Of a stretch of DNA of 64,000 nt, positions 10,601 through 22,232 are shown piece by piece. The translations under genes and the position numbers were made by a program. This stretch comes from the human T2T-CHM13v2.0 reference genome, Homo sapiens: assembly GCF_009914755.1 (NCBI RefSeq), contig NC_060928.1; one strand, 5' to 3'. Every line of letters starts with the position of its first letter. The first letter of the stretch is position 1. Below the pieces are notes generated by a model. That model saw only the letters and a program-made list of their open reading frames with translations, had not been told where the DNA came from and ran no database searches.

Positions 10601-13141
10601 CAATGACTGTGATTTGAAGACTCTCAGCTGCGGGACACTTACCGTTGATTTTGTTGGAGAGAAAAATGAATTTTAGTTGGTTTCAGTCTTATATGTGATT
10701 TAGAGAAATTTCCCATTTCAGACAAATAGTTTAAGAAAATGACTAAGCATCACTTTATATAACAACCATTAAGATAATTTGACTCTCTGTTTTGATTCAG
10801 GGTACAATATTCTCTGAGAAAAGAGACATTCTCTGCTTTCTTAAGTACTTCCAAAAGACTGAGTTAAATCCCTTCCCCAGTAAAAATAAAAGGCCCGGTT
10901 TTCCATCTAAGTATTCAAATTTAGCTGAAGCAGGAACCAGAGTTTCCAATTATTCAGCAGCCTCTTCAAAGCACAGATTTTATGTAAGGAAAATGACTGA
11001 CATTTATTGAGTGTTTAGTTTCAACCAGGCACCATCAGCCTGTGAGACAGAGGCTGCTGTGACCCCACAGGAGGCAAGGAACAAGCTTGCCCCGTCACAC
11101 ATCTATTAAGCGACACCATTGTGTCCGAGTCCAGCGGCCCTCCTCAGAGCCTGGGCGTGTTGCCGCCAGGCTGTGCATCCCCTGTGAGGTCCGGGGAGGC
11201 CAGGACCCTGGTGCGCTCTTGCAGGCGGGGGCAGGAAAGTGGAGGCGTGGAGGTGAGGAGGGCTTGCGGCAGGCTGGACTTCCCTCCCTCATGCTGTAGG
11301 TCTCAGGCCACCTTTGAACGCGCAGCCCTGACCCCCTTACTCACCTTCCAAAGGCTCCTTGCTGCCCACCTGAGGTCCAGCACCTTGGCAGTGTGTCCGG
11401 AGCGTGCAGGGACTGGCCCAGCCCACGTCTCCCGCAATTTCCCACTCGCATGGGCAGGGGGCTCTGGTGACCAAGATCCCTGGACCATCCCTGCTTCCAT
11501 GTCTGCTGTGGCAGGAGCCCTGTCCCGGGAGCGGCAGGCTTGGGGAGCCCCCACTGCTCCTGTGCCCCCGGCAGAGAACATCGCTGCCTCCCCTTCCTCC
11601 CGCGTGTCTCGGATGTGCCCTCTCTGCTGTTCACACCAGCTGGGGTTGCTTCACTCTATTCCAGTGATACCCCTAGGCTAGACTGAGGCCTCCTGGCTCC
11701 ACCCTGTACCTCTGGGGCCCGGCCCGGGGCAGGGGCTCCCTGGGCGGCTGTAGAACTGGCCTGGGTTGATGTCTATTAGGCACCTGGTGAGCCGCCGAGC
11801 CATGCACCCTGGTCCAGGCTCCTCCTGGAAGAGATGATTCTTTCCCCATCAGACTGGCCTTGGCCACCATGTTGAAAGTCAGTGGACAGAGACAACGGGC
11901 CTGTTTGTGGCCCTCAGGTCTGCTGCACGGGTCTGGCTGTCTCTCCCTGCGCCACGCCACGCCACACCGCCTTGCTGCTGTCGCTGTGTGCTCGGCTTGG
12001 AAGCTGGAGTCCTCCTACTTGGTTGTTCTTTCTCGAGATTCCCTTGGCTCTTCTGGGCCCATGTGTTTCCACATGTATTCTAGAATAATTCCGTCCCCAT
12101 CTATCTACAACAAAGTCAGCTGGGATTCTGATGGGGATGGTGTGGAAGGTGTAGACCAGCGTGGGGGCATCGCCAGGCCACTTCTTTGCTTTACGAAGTC
12201 CACCTTCTAGGGTTCTGTCAATCACTCATTCATCCACTCAGACATCACTTTTCGCTATAGGGCTTCAGTGCCCAGCACTGTCACTGCCATCAAGGAGCCC
12301 AGCCCTGCGTGGGGGGCAGTGAGGGTGAGGGCAGGGTCCAAGGCTCCGGCAGGGTCTCTACCTGGCTGAGTGGGGGCCAGTGCCAAGGAAGAGCTTTCTG
12401 GGGGTGCTGCAAGCAGGAGAACAGTGGGACGGGGTGGGCAGTGTGGGTTCACTCAGCCAGGAGATCTTCAAGCCAAGGGACCTGGGTGTCCAGGAGGGGC
12501 CTTTCCTCTGCCTCACTTCTCTGAATCTATAAATGACAAATACTCCTTGAAGACATCAAACAGCCAACATTTCTCTAAATATTTACACAGGGCTTACATG
12601 ACTCATACATCAAAACAGGAATTCAACAGATTACATTTCCCCAGATATGTAAACATTGATTATAATGAAACTCTTCTAAACATTCAGTTAAAATCATGGA
12701 AGTAATCTATCTATCTCCTTATTGCTTTCAACACTTCAAAAAGCAGAACATACGGTTTTGGATTTCAAGCCTAAAAATCCGGCGACATAGTGGCCTGTTA
12801 ATATTCCTTTCATTGTCTTATCTGTTCTTTGTTCCCTCCTTCCCCTTCTCCTGCCTCCCTCCCCCTCTGCCTCCCTGTCCTCCTGTCTCCTGGAGCCGCC
12901 ACTCCTGGGTGACATTCTGGTGTTACAGTAACACCTGCCTTCACTGACACCTCCTCTGGTCCCGCAGGGTGTCCGTGGAGTCTGGAGAACATGACATGGA
13001 CCTGGAGTGTCTCCCAGATCTGCAGCCCCTGTGCAGCTGAGCTTCCTTTCATTGTTCAAGTTCACGGCTTATGCTGATAGACTCTTTGGGCTCTCATCTT
13101 TCTCTGTTTTGCACCCTGGTGTTTTCTTTAGGATGTGTGTC

Positions 13142-13863
13142 TGTCTGAGTCACTTTGGGCTGCTGTAAGAATACCACAGATGGGGACCTTAAATAATAGC
13201 TCTTTATTTCTCATAGTTCTGGAGGCTGGGAAGTCCAAGAGCAAGGGGCTGGCAGATATGGTGTGTGGTGAGGGCTCCCTTCCTGATTTGCAGACGGCGC
13301 CTTCTTGCTGTGTCTCACATGGTGGAGAGAGGCCATCTCCCTGGAGTCTCTTCTCATAAGGGACCACTGTGAGGTCCCACCCTCAGGACCTCGTCTGACC
13401 CTAACCACCTCCCAAAGTCCTCACCTCTCAATACATGTGATATGGTTTGGCTGTGTCCCCACCCAAATCTCACCTTCAATTGTAGTTCCCATAATCCCTG
13501 TGTCTCGTGGGAGGGACCCAGTGGGAGGTAATTGAATCATGGGGGCGGTTACCTTCATGCTGTTCTCGTGATAGTGACTGAGCTCTCAGGAGATCTGATG
13601 GTTTTATAAGGGGCTTTCCCCTCTTTTGCTCTGCACTTCTCCTTACTGCTGTCATGTGAAGAAGGACGTGTTTGCTTCCCCTTCCGCCATGATTGTAAGT
13701 TTCCTGAGGCCTCCCCAGCCATGTGGAAGTATGAGTCAATTAAGCCTTTTTTTTTTGAATAACTTACCCAGTCTCAGGTATGTCTTTATTGGCAGTGTGA
13801 GAACAGACCAATACACCATCCCACAGGGGATCTGGGGGCGATGCAAACCTTCAGTTCACAGCA
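13142..13863 (-). mobile_element. MLT1A-like MaLR LTR split by a THE1 insertion
   Basis: Antisense MLT1A: tttgggctgctgtaagaataccacag..., tttatttctcatagttctggaggctgggaagtccaag, gcagacggcgccttcttgctgtgtctcacatgg; resumes after 13815 and ends caaaccttcagttcacagca. Confidence 0.85.
13438..13815 (+). mobile_element. THE1C/D solo LTR (MaLR)
   Basis: Starts tgatatggtttggctgtgtccccacccaaatctc; contains gaagaaggacgtgtttgcttccccttccgccatgattgtaagtttcctgagg; ends gagaacagaccaataca; 378 bp. Confidence 0.95.
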
Positions 13864-15480
13864 ATGCCTTGTGGTTTTCCTCCCTGGGGTTCCCTGGCCC
13901 AGACTGTTATATGTGGACTGGTCATTAGCACTGGCATGGTGTCCTGTCTTGGGTGCTGAAGGACGGAGCCTGTGAACAAGCTGTGCCTTTTGGGATGTGG
14001 GCTCGGGCAGGCCACTCTGGGGGCACCGTGGTCTCTGGGATTTGGAGGCAGGTTCTGGAGCAGGCCCTGCCTTCCTACTCTTAACACAGACACTGCTGTC
14101 TCAGTTTCCTGCAAACACTCTTCTCCTCTTAGACAGAAAAGCAAATGTGTATCCAACCTTTATAAGCAGACAGAAGCTTAGTTCAACAAATGGACTACCC
14201 ATGTATATTCAATTTCTCCTATTTATTAAAATTAATAAAAATGGGACGTGTTGTATGAGACCCTTTACTGTCACCATTTCTTAGGCTATATCCATAATGG
14301 AATGAAGAGACCCCTGGATGCTGCAGCTTGAAGGAGCTGGATGATTGCTGCTCCCACCTAACAGTCCTGAGCTGATTGCTCCAGGTCGATGGTCATGGCC
14401 ACTCAGGGACCCAGGTCTCCCCATGTTGCTCCCACACCGAGGCCATGGTCACCTGGCAGGTGCAGGTCCAGCCTACGGGAAGTGGAGAGGAGTGAGAAGG
14501 ATGCAAGGCCAGTATCTCCAGCCCCATCCAAGCCTGGATGTGGCACAGGCCAGAACAGACTCCTGGAGCACCTTCATGGCTGGGCCTGAGGTGGGTCCGG
14601 CAGGGCAGCCCTGGCCTAGTTCCCTCCCTAGGAAGAAAGTCTGCAGCCCGCACCATGAGGGGTGGCACGCTGTGTGTTAACTTTCCTCCTGTGAGGAGCC
14701 TTACGGACCGAGAGACCTTCTGAAACTCAACTGATTTAATTAATCAGTGTTGTAATTATTATTGTTTTTGTGCTCAGATTATTATAACTTGGCAGGAGGG
14801 AGAGCCTTCAAGCAGGATGCTTTGTCCTTCCGGAAGAACCCCTGGTGTCTGGAAAGCATCCTTGCTTTCTGGCAAAACAGGATGTTCTAGGTGGTTCCGG
14901 CTATCTCCTCCCTAGAATGTGGAGTCGGCGGCCCTCCAAGGATCCTTGCCACCTTCCATTGCAGAGGAGACTCCAGGCACAGGAAAAAGTGACCCGTGGC
15001 TCTTTGTAGACATAGGATTGGAAAAAATGGTCTTTTTATAAATATCAATAATTTTCATAATTTTCCCAATTGCACATGTAATGCTGCTGCTGCTCTTTTC
15101 CCCAGTACTAGGGCCCTGTCACATGGACGTGGGGTAGGCCGTGATCTTGGAGCCAGGAGCACAGGAGGGCTGTGGGGAGGTGGAGGCCGGGGGTTGCAGC
15201 TGCACTGATGTGCAGGGGGCTGGGTCCAGGCCAGCTTTCCTGTCTGCACTGCCTCCTTCATCCCGACCCCCGTCCTGACCCTGTGTCCCTGGAGAGCTGC
15301 CTCAGGGTCACTGTCCAAGGGGCCTCTGCCCTGGTCACAACCCTCATCCTGTTCTTGTGGTTCCAGGACACCCTGCTGAGCCGTTGTGGACCTCCGTGGA
15401 CCCAGGATGCCCAGAGCCACAGAGCAGACACCTGTGTCTTCCAGGGCCTTGCTCAGAGCAGGCTGCGGGGACAAAGAGCA

Positions 15481-15775
15481 TTTCCTCCCTTCCTCCCTCC
15501 CTCCCTCCCTGCCTCTGTCCCTTCCTTTCTCCCTCCCTCCTTCCCATCATCCCTCCCTCCCTCCCTTCTTCCCTCCCTTCTTTCCTCCTCCCTCCCTCCC
15601 TCTCTTCCTTCCTCCCTCCCTCTCTCCCTCCCCTCCTCCCTTTCTCCTTCCCTCTCTCCCTCCCTCCCTTCCTCCCTCCCTTCTTTCTCCCTCCCTCCCT
15701 CCCTCCTTTTCTCCCTCCTTCTTTCCCTCCCTCCCTTCCTTCCTCCCTGTCTTCCTTTCTCTTCCTCCTTCCTTC
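15481..15775. repeat. (CCCT/CCTT)n polypyrimidine tract beside an L2 tail
   Basis: Nearly pure C/T for ~295 bp, then L2-like tattgagcacctactgtgtgc. Confidence 0.95.
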
Positions 15776-16646
15776 AGTAATTTATTAACCAAAAACTCCC
15801 TATTGAGCACCTACTGTGTGCAGTGTAAGAGGCTAGCCTGTCTGGCTGAGCTGAGCCTAAGGCGGAGGTGACCCCTCCTGAGAGCTGCGCCACTCTCAGA
15901 GCAGGTAAGGGCTCCCATCACACAGGAGGCTCTGAGGCCCGGCATGCACTGGCTGTGCTGTGGACTTGCGCATGTCCTAGGCACAGGCTCACACCTGAAG
16001 CCCGGCTCTAGCGGCCGAGACAGCCTTGACAAGGGCTGGCTCCTGCCAGCCAGAATAGAGATGAGCCAGAAGCCCCAGGCTGCCTCCTGCAGGAGGCGTC
16101 GAGTCCCGACGTCATCCACAGAGGCACAGGCACGTTTCCTAGGCACACATGCGCCACCCCACCCCCCACCACAGGCGCATTGCAGGCGGCTTTCTGAGAG
16201 GGGACAGCACAGGGAAGTGGTGAGCTTTGGCATCAGGATGACCAGGGAACCCCGGGCTGCGACCAGGGCACAGGCTACCAGCACTCTGCCTCTGTGCCTC
16301 GTATCCATGACATGGGGCTCACACTAACAGCACACACTGCGGGAAGGATTAGGTGTGATACTCTGGGCCAAGTGTGGGCACGGGGAATCGAGAAATGGCT
16401 CGGTGGCCCACGGCTGCCATCAGCATTGTTGTATGGCGAGGATTTTATGGTTTCACCACGATGGGTGTACATTCTTCAGACAAGGGCGGACACCCGGGAA
16501 CCCGGAACCTGTCCCGCAGCTGTGGAGCCAGCATAGGTCCCACCGCCCCAGGGACAGGCCCAGCTGCTTGTTCTGGGATATGGGGCTGCAAATGTTGTGA
16601 ACTTCCCAGGGGGCTGAGAGAGGCCAGCTGGGGACTCCGAGGACAA

Positions 16647-16691
16647 TGGGGAGGTGGGGAGGTGGGGAGGTGGGGAGGTGGGGAGGTGGGG
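16647..16691 (+). repeat. (TGGGGAGG)x5.5 repeat, G-quadruplex motif
   Basis: Six GGGG runs separated by AGGT. Confidence 0.9.
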
Positions 16692-16985
16692 CTCCAGCTG
16701 GGGAGGAAGCATGGGAGGGTGGGGACCGAGGTCCCCAAAGTCTTCTGCAGACCCTGAGATTCTGAGATGTACGCTTTAGAACACGACAATGGCTTAGTGA
16801 CTTTCACTCAGGGACAAAGCCCCCAGCAGAGTCAGCATCCACGCTCCTAAGTGTCAGGTGCCTCTGGGCCGCCTCTCTACGCTGTGCCTGCCCCTGCCTC
16901 TGCCAACGACCTACCCCTTAGGTTCTGGCGAGAGAGTCCCAGGCTTTCTTTACACCAGGGCCAGGGCTGCTCAGATCTCCTGACA

Positions 16986-17001
16986 CAGCCACCTGCTGGG
17001 C
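16986..17001 (-). promoter_or_regulatory. Candidate CTCF site
   Basis: Minus strand reads CCAGCAGGTGGC (16999-16988), matching the core CCASYAGRKGGC; motif only. Confidence 0.4.
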
Positions 17002-18661
17002 CTCAGGGACACTCAGGCACCCTCCCCCTGGAAAGGCCACCTGGGTTGTGGAGACAGACAGGCACAAGTGTGGCTCAGAGCTCTGCCTCCCTGGAGCTGC
17101 CTCCTGACCACTCTGGGTCTCCATTTCCCACCTGTAGAGAGGCGAACAACAGCACTGGGCATGGGGCTAATGTGGAAAAGACCCTGTGGAATCTGCATGT
17201 CGCATGTGCTCACCTTGTGTTTCCGGAAGGATTCTCAGGCTTGAGGCGTGGGAGTGAGGAATCCCAGCCAGGGCTGGGCCACCAGCAGAAACCTGCAGGG
17301 AAGAGGACCTGGTGTGAGGAGTGGGCTGCAAGGTGAGGAGTTCTGGGGACTAAGGGGGTGGGATCTGTGCTTCATCCTGGGAGGTCATTCAACAGGGGCC
17401 TGCCCCCAGGAGCAAGTCACCTGCCTGGTCGCTGCTATGGCGACATAAACACCAATGACAGGCAGGCCCCGCTCTGGACGCTGGCTCTGTGGTTTTAATC
17501 TTTCCCAGCTCTATTTTACGCTGTTTATCAGCATTTATGAAGGACAGGTATGCCTTGGGCTGTCCCCAGGAATCCTGCTATCCTCATTGTGGGTCTAGAT
17601 GGCTCCAGACTGGTCTCCTCGCTGCTCCATTGCTGCAGTGGGGACCCAGTGAGCACTGGGGGCCGGGGCTGATGCGGCTGGAGCACAAGCACGCGGGGTA
17701 CATTTGCAGCCCCACCCAGCCGAACGGTGCACAGCAGGCCGGGCTGAGAGCAGCGGGAGGAGCCCGGGGCTGGGGGTTGACCTTTTCCCAACGTCCACGT
17801 CAGTGCTGGCAGGCGATGGGCTTCTCTGTGGCCGGTCCCTCTCTGGCTCTCTCCAGGTTCTGCATGTGTCCTGCTCTCTCCTGAGCACCTGTCACGCCCC
17901 TGAGGCTTGCTCACTCCTCTGTCTCGGGGCTTGCAGAAGAATGCTTGGGCAGGTCTCTCTAGCACCAAGGCCCTGCTTCTCCCCAGCCCATGGTTTCCGG
18001 TGTGGACCTGCCAGCCTTCCCGGTGAGCACAGGATGGTGAGAACCTGCAGCAGCCATGTAGGTGGGGCTTCGTGGAAGGCTGCGTGGGTACCCAGGCTCT
18101 CTAGGGTAGCCTATCCTGCACACGGCTTGGTGTGCACAGAGCTGACTTGGAGGTGAAATGGATGCATTTTGTAGATTCAATACCCTGGATGCCCCACCCC
18201 AGGGATAGATGCGCCACAGAGGGCCTGGCTGGAACTTTCCCCAGACCACAGCAGGGACAGCTCTGTTGCAGGTGCTGACAGCAAGGCCTGGGGAGTAGAG
18301 GGAGCAGTCAGAGGCAGAGAGACGGAGGTGAGGCACAGTTCTTCCAGATCCTAGAATAAAGGAGAGGAAAATATCTGTTAGAAAATCCGCTGCAGCACCC
18401 CCAAGAGGCGCAGTTTGGTGCCCGTGCACTCCCGCTCTCCCTGCAGCTCGGGAGCTGCTGTGCAGTGGGGGAAGCCGAGACCCCCACAGCTCTGTTTTGC
18501 TCTCAGTGACAGAAGGCGTGGTAAAAGCTCTGTGTCCAGCCCTTGCCTGAGTTACATCACAATATGAGGAAGCTGCAGCTGGCCTGTGGTTCACTGTTGA
18601 CTAAGAACAAGGCAAGCTAGGAGCAGCAGAGTGAAGCCCAGGCCCTGCAGAAAATAGCAGC

Positions 18662-19514
18662 TGAGGGTGAGGAGGAGAGGAGGGTGAGGAAGGTGAGGAG
18701 GTGAGGAGGTGAGGAGGTGAGGAGTGAGGAGGTGAGGAGTGAGGAGGTGAGGAGTGAGGAGAGAGGATGTGAGAAGGTGAGGAATGAGGAGGTGAGGAGT
18801 GAGGAATGAGGAGTGAGGAGGTGAGGAGTGAGGAGGTGAGGAGTGAGGAGGCAAGAGGTGAGGAGTGAGGAGGTGAGGAGTGAGGAGGTAAGAGGTGAGG
18901 AGTGAGGAGAGAGGATGTGAGGAGGTGAGGAATGAGGACGTGAGGAGTGAGGAATGAGGAGTGAGGAGGTGAGGAGTGAGGAGAGAGGATGTGAGGAGGT
19001 GAGGAACAAGGAGGTGAGGAGTGAGGAATGAGGAGTGAGGAGGTGAGGAGTGAGGAGGTAAGAGGTGAGGAGTGAGGAGGTGAGGAGGTGAGGAGTGAGG
19101 AGGTGAGGAGGTGAGGAGTGAGGAGGTGAGGAGGTGAGGAGTGAGGAGTGAGGAGGTGAGGAGTGAGGAGTTGAGGAGTGAGGAGTTGAGGAGGTGAGGA
19201 GGTGAGGAGGAGGGAAGTTGAGGAGGTAAGAAACTGAGGAGTGAGGAGTGAGGAGGTGAGGAGTGAGGAATGAGGAGTGAGGAGGTGAGGACTGAGGAGG
19301 TAAGAGGTGAGGAGTGAGGAGTGAGGAGGTGAGGAGTGAGAAGGTGAGGAGTGAGGAGATGAGGAGTGAGGAGAGAGGAGGTGAGGAGGTGAGGAGTGAG
19401 GAGGTGAGGAGTGAGGAGTGAGGAGGTGAGGAGGTGAGGAGTGAGGAGGTGAGGAGTGAGGAGGTGAGAAGCTGAGGAGTGAGGATATAGGAGGTGAGGA
19501 GTAAGGAGTGAGGT
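18662..19514. repeat. Purine-rich VNTR of GAGGAGT and GAGGAGGT units
   Basis: ~850 bp of mixed 7/8-bp units with almost no C on the + strand. Confidence 0.97.
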
Positions 19515-20848
19515 GCCTGGCAAGGGCTGACTCTGCAACCATTTCTGTGGTCTCCAAGTACCTGCTCCTCACCTTGTTTCTTTCCCTGAAACTCTCAGGC
19601 TGCCCGCACAGCAGAGGCACCCCAACCCCTTCCCAATTCTGTCCCTGGCCTGGTGCTGGGATGGCAGGACCTGAGCTTTGTGGCCTCTGAATCCCAGGCC
19701 CCCTGGACTTTGCCCTGCAGTCTGAGCCTGGGTCACAGGGTGCCCTGAAAGGCCTTTCCCCAGGCAGGGCGGATACGTGGGTGCCAGACAGGTCCTGATG
19801 AGCCCCAGGATCCCCGCTGGCCTAGCCCGGCCTTGCGTGGTATCTGCTATGGGCGTCCGGAAGGGTCCGGAGTTATGGGTGCAGGGGATGGAGCAGAAAC
19901 GGCCATGACAGAGAGGATGGAGATGTGGGGTTCAGAGATGTTGGAGGGGGCATGGGCTCAGGGCAGCCTGGGCAGAGGTTTCGGGACGCATCGTCCTCCA
20001 GACAGCATCTCCGCGTCGCCCATTTCCCGTGTTAGGAATCCACAGATTCATTGATTTCACCAGCATCTGCTGTTTAAGAAGCAAGCTCTGGACTGGACTG
20101 GATTTCTTGGCCACTTCCTCATCTCGGTGCAGCGGAGAGGAGAGGCCAGACTCAGGCCTGATCCAGCTCCCCTGACCCCAGCCCTGCGTACCCTCAGCTC
20201 GGCCCCCTCTTCCCACAGGCTTGGGACTCGCTCTGGGGGGCCCTGCTCTTCCCAGGGGTTCCTGGGGGCTTGAGGAGCCTTCTGCCTGCAGCCACAAGCG
20301 TTCCTGGGGGAGCAGCTGACCGGCTCCAAGCCTGGCTGACTGAAATGAAATTCAGAAGAGAACTTCATCGCCTCCTGCCCCCGAGCCCGCTTCCCTCACT
20401 CTAAATAATTTAGACAAACACACATCTCTTTCACAGTGGCTGCCCTGAGCTCCTTTAGTCAAAATCAGTCCTTTGCACAATGTTTTCAGAGGACAGGAGG
20501 TTGCCACGAGCCGTGGATTCGGGGCGGATGCATCATGCGTGACGGGAGACAGCTGCTCCGGCCCCGCCCAGCCCCAGCGGCCGCAGTGGCTGAGAGTAAG
20601 TCACCTCCGCCTTCTCCTATCAGCAAGGGTCTCCTGCAGGTCCGGGCGGGCCGCTTGCTCAGTAGACTTATATGCAGTTGGCTTGAGGTTCGGCGGTCCT
20701 GGTCCTGCCCTGCAGCAGAGCCCCTCATTCTGGGATTTGGGAGCAGTCATTCCATGCTCCCTGCTTGGAGGTGGGCTGGAGGTGGACGTTCACACCTGTG
20801 ACTGCGCCGGTGCCCCGTGCCTCCGGGAGGACAGCTGGGGGTGCCTAG

Positions 20849-21306
<458 letters not shown>

Positions 21307-21322
21307 CAACTTTTTAGTCTTC

Positions 21323-21490
21323 ATAGACTATTTTTTGGAACAGTTTTAGGTTACATCAAAATGCAGAAGAGAGTCTAGAGAGTTTGCCCGCGCCCCACCC
21401 AGTTTCCCCGTTATTAGCGTGTGCCGTTTGCATGGGGCATGTGTCACAGCTACTAACCCGATACGCATGCATCATTGTGAACTATAGCCT
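21323..21490 (-). mobile_element. L1MC-type 3' UTR fragment
   Basis: gaacagttttaggttaca...cagtttccccgttattagc...tgtcacagctactaacccgata; homologous to 36455-36620. Confidence 0.65.
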
Positions 21491-21726
21491 AGCTGGATTC
21501 CAGTCTCCTCCGTCCTCGGTGTCTTCCTTGGGCGCAGGATCCCGCCGGGACCCCATGCCTTGGTGCATTTCCACTCCCCTCTCTCCTCGGGATGGTGATC
21601 TCTCCCCTCCTGCCTCACTGTCCTCTCTTCCACACGTAGGGAGTGAGGAGTTATGCACCCTCTCTCTGAGGGTGGACTTCAAAGAAAGGTTAAATCACCT
21701 TTCTGCTCACTGGCTTGGCCAGCATT

Positions 21727-22232
21727 TGTCATCATAGGTTCAACGGTGGCCACCCAAAGGCGCCCCAGTGCCTGGAGTTGTGCAGGGGTCTTATTTGGAG
21801 AAATGGTCTCTGCAGCTGTAATTAAGGATCTTGAGATGAGGAGGCAATCCTGAATTATCCGGGTGGGACCTGCACCCAGTGACACATCAGGAGAAATTTT
21901 TTTATATGAGAAAATGTGAAGGGAATTTGAGACAGACAGAGGAGGAGCAGCCCGAGGGGAGGCGTTGTGTGCAGGCGGAGGCAGGGACGGGGCGATGCAC
22001 CACCGGCTGAGGAAGGACCGCGGCCACCGGGAGCTGGAAGACGCAGGATGGAGCCTCCCCTAGAGCTTTGGAAGGAACACAGCCCTGCCAGCATCTTCGT
22101 TTTGGTCTTTGGGCCTCCAAAGACCAAAATCAGGCTTTTGAACAATGTTTTCGGAGAACAAACAGGAGGTTGCCACGAGCCATGGCAGGATGAATGTCTG
22201 GTGTTTTAAGCCCCCATTTGGTTACAGGAAAG
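21727..22232 (+). mobile_element. MLT1C-like MaLR LTR with a foreign ~60-bp insert
   Basis: cttatttggagaaatggtctctgcagctgtaattaaggatcttgagatgagg...cctgaattatccgggtggg; gagctggaagacgcagg...cccctagagc...cagccctgcca; gtgttttaagcc. Confidence 0.85.

Noticed and set aside
13940-13960. REST/RE1-like motif (minus strand TTCAGCACCCAAGACAG)
   Set aside because: The conserved GG of the right half-site is broken.
18591-19620. 315- and 339-aa minus-strand ORFs (LLTPH/SSPPH repeats)
   Set aside because: Translations of the GAGGAGT VNTR; open in several frames because the unit lacks stops on that strand.
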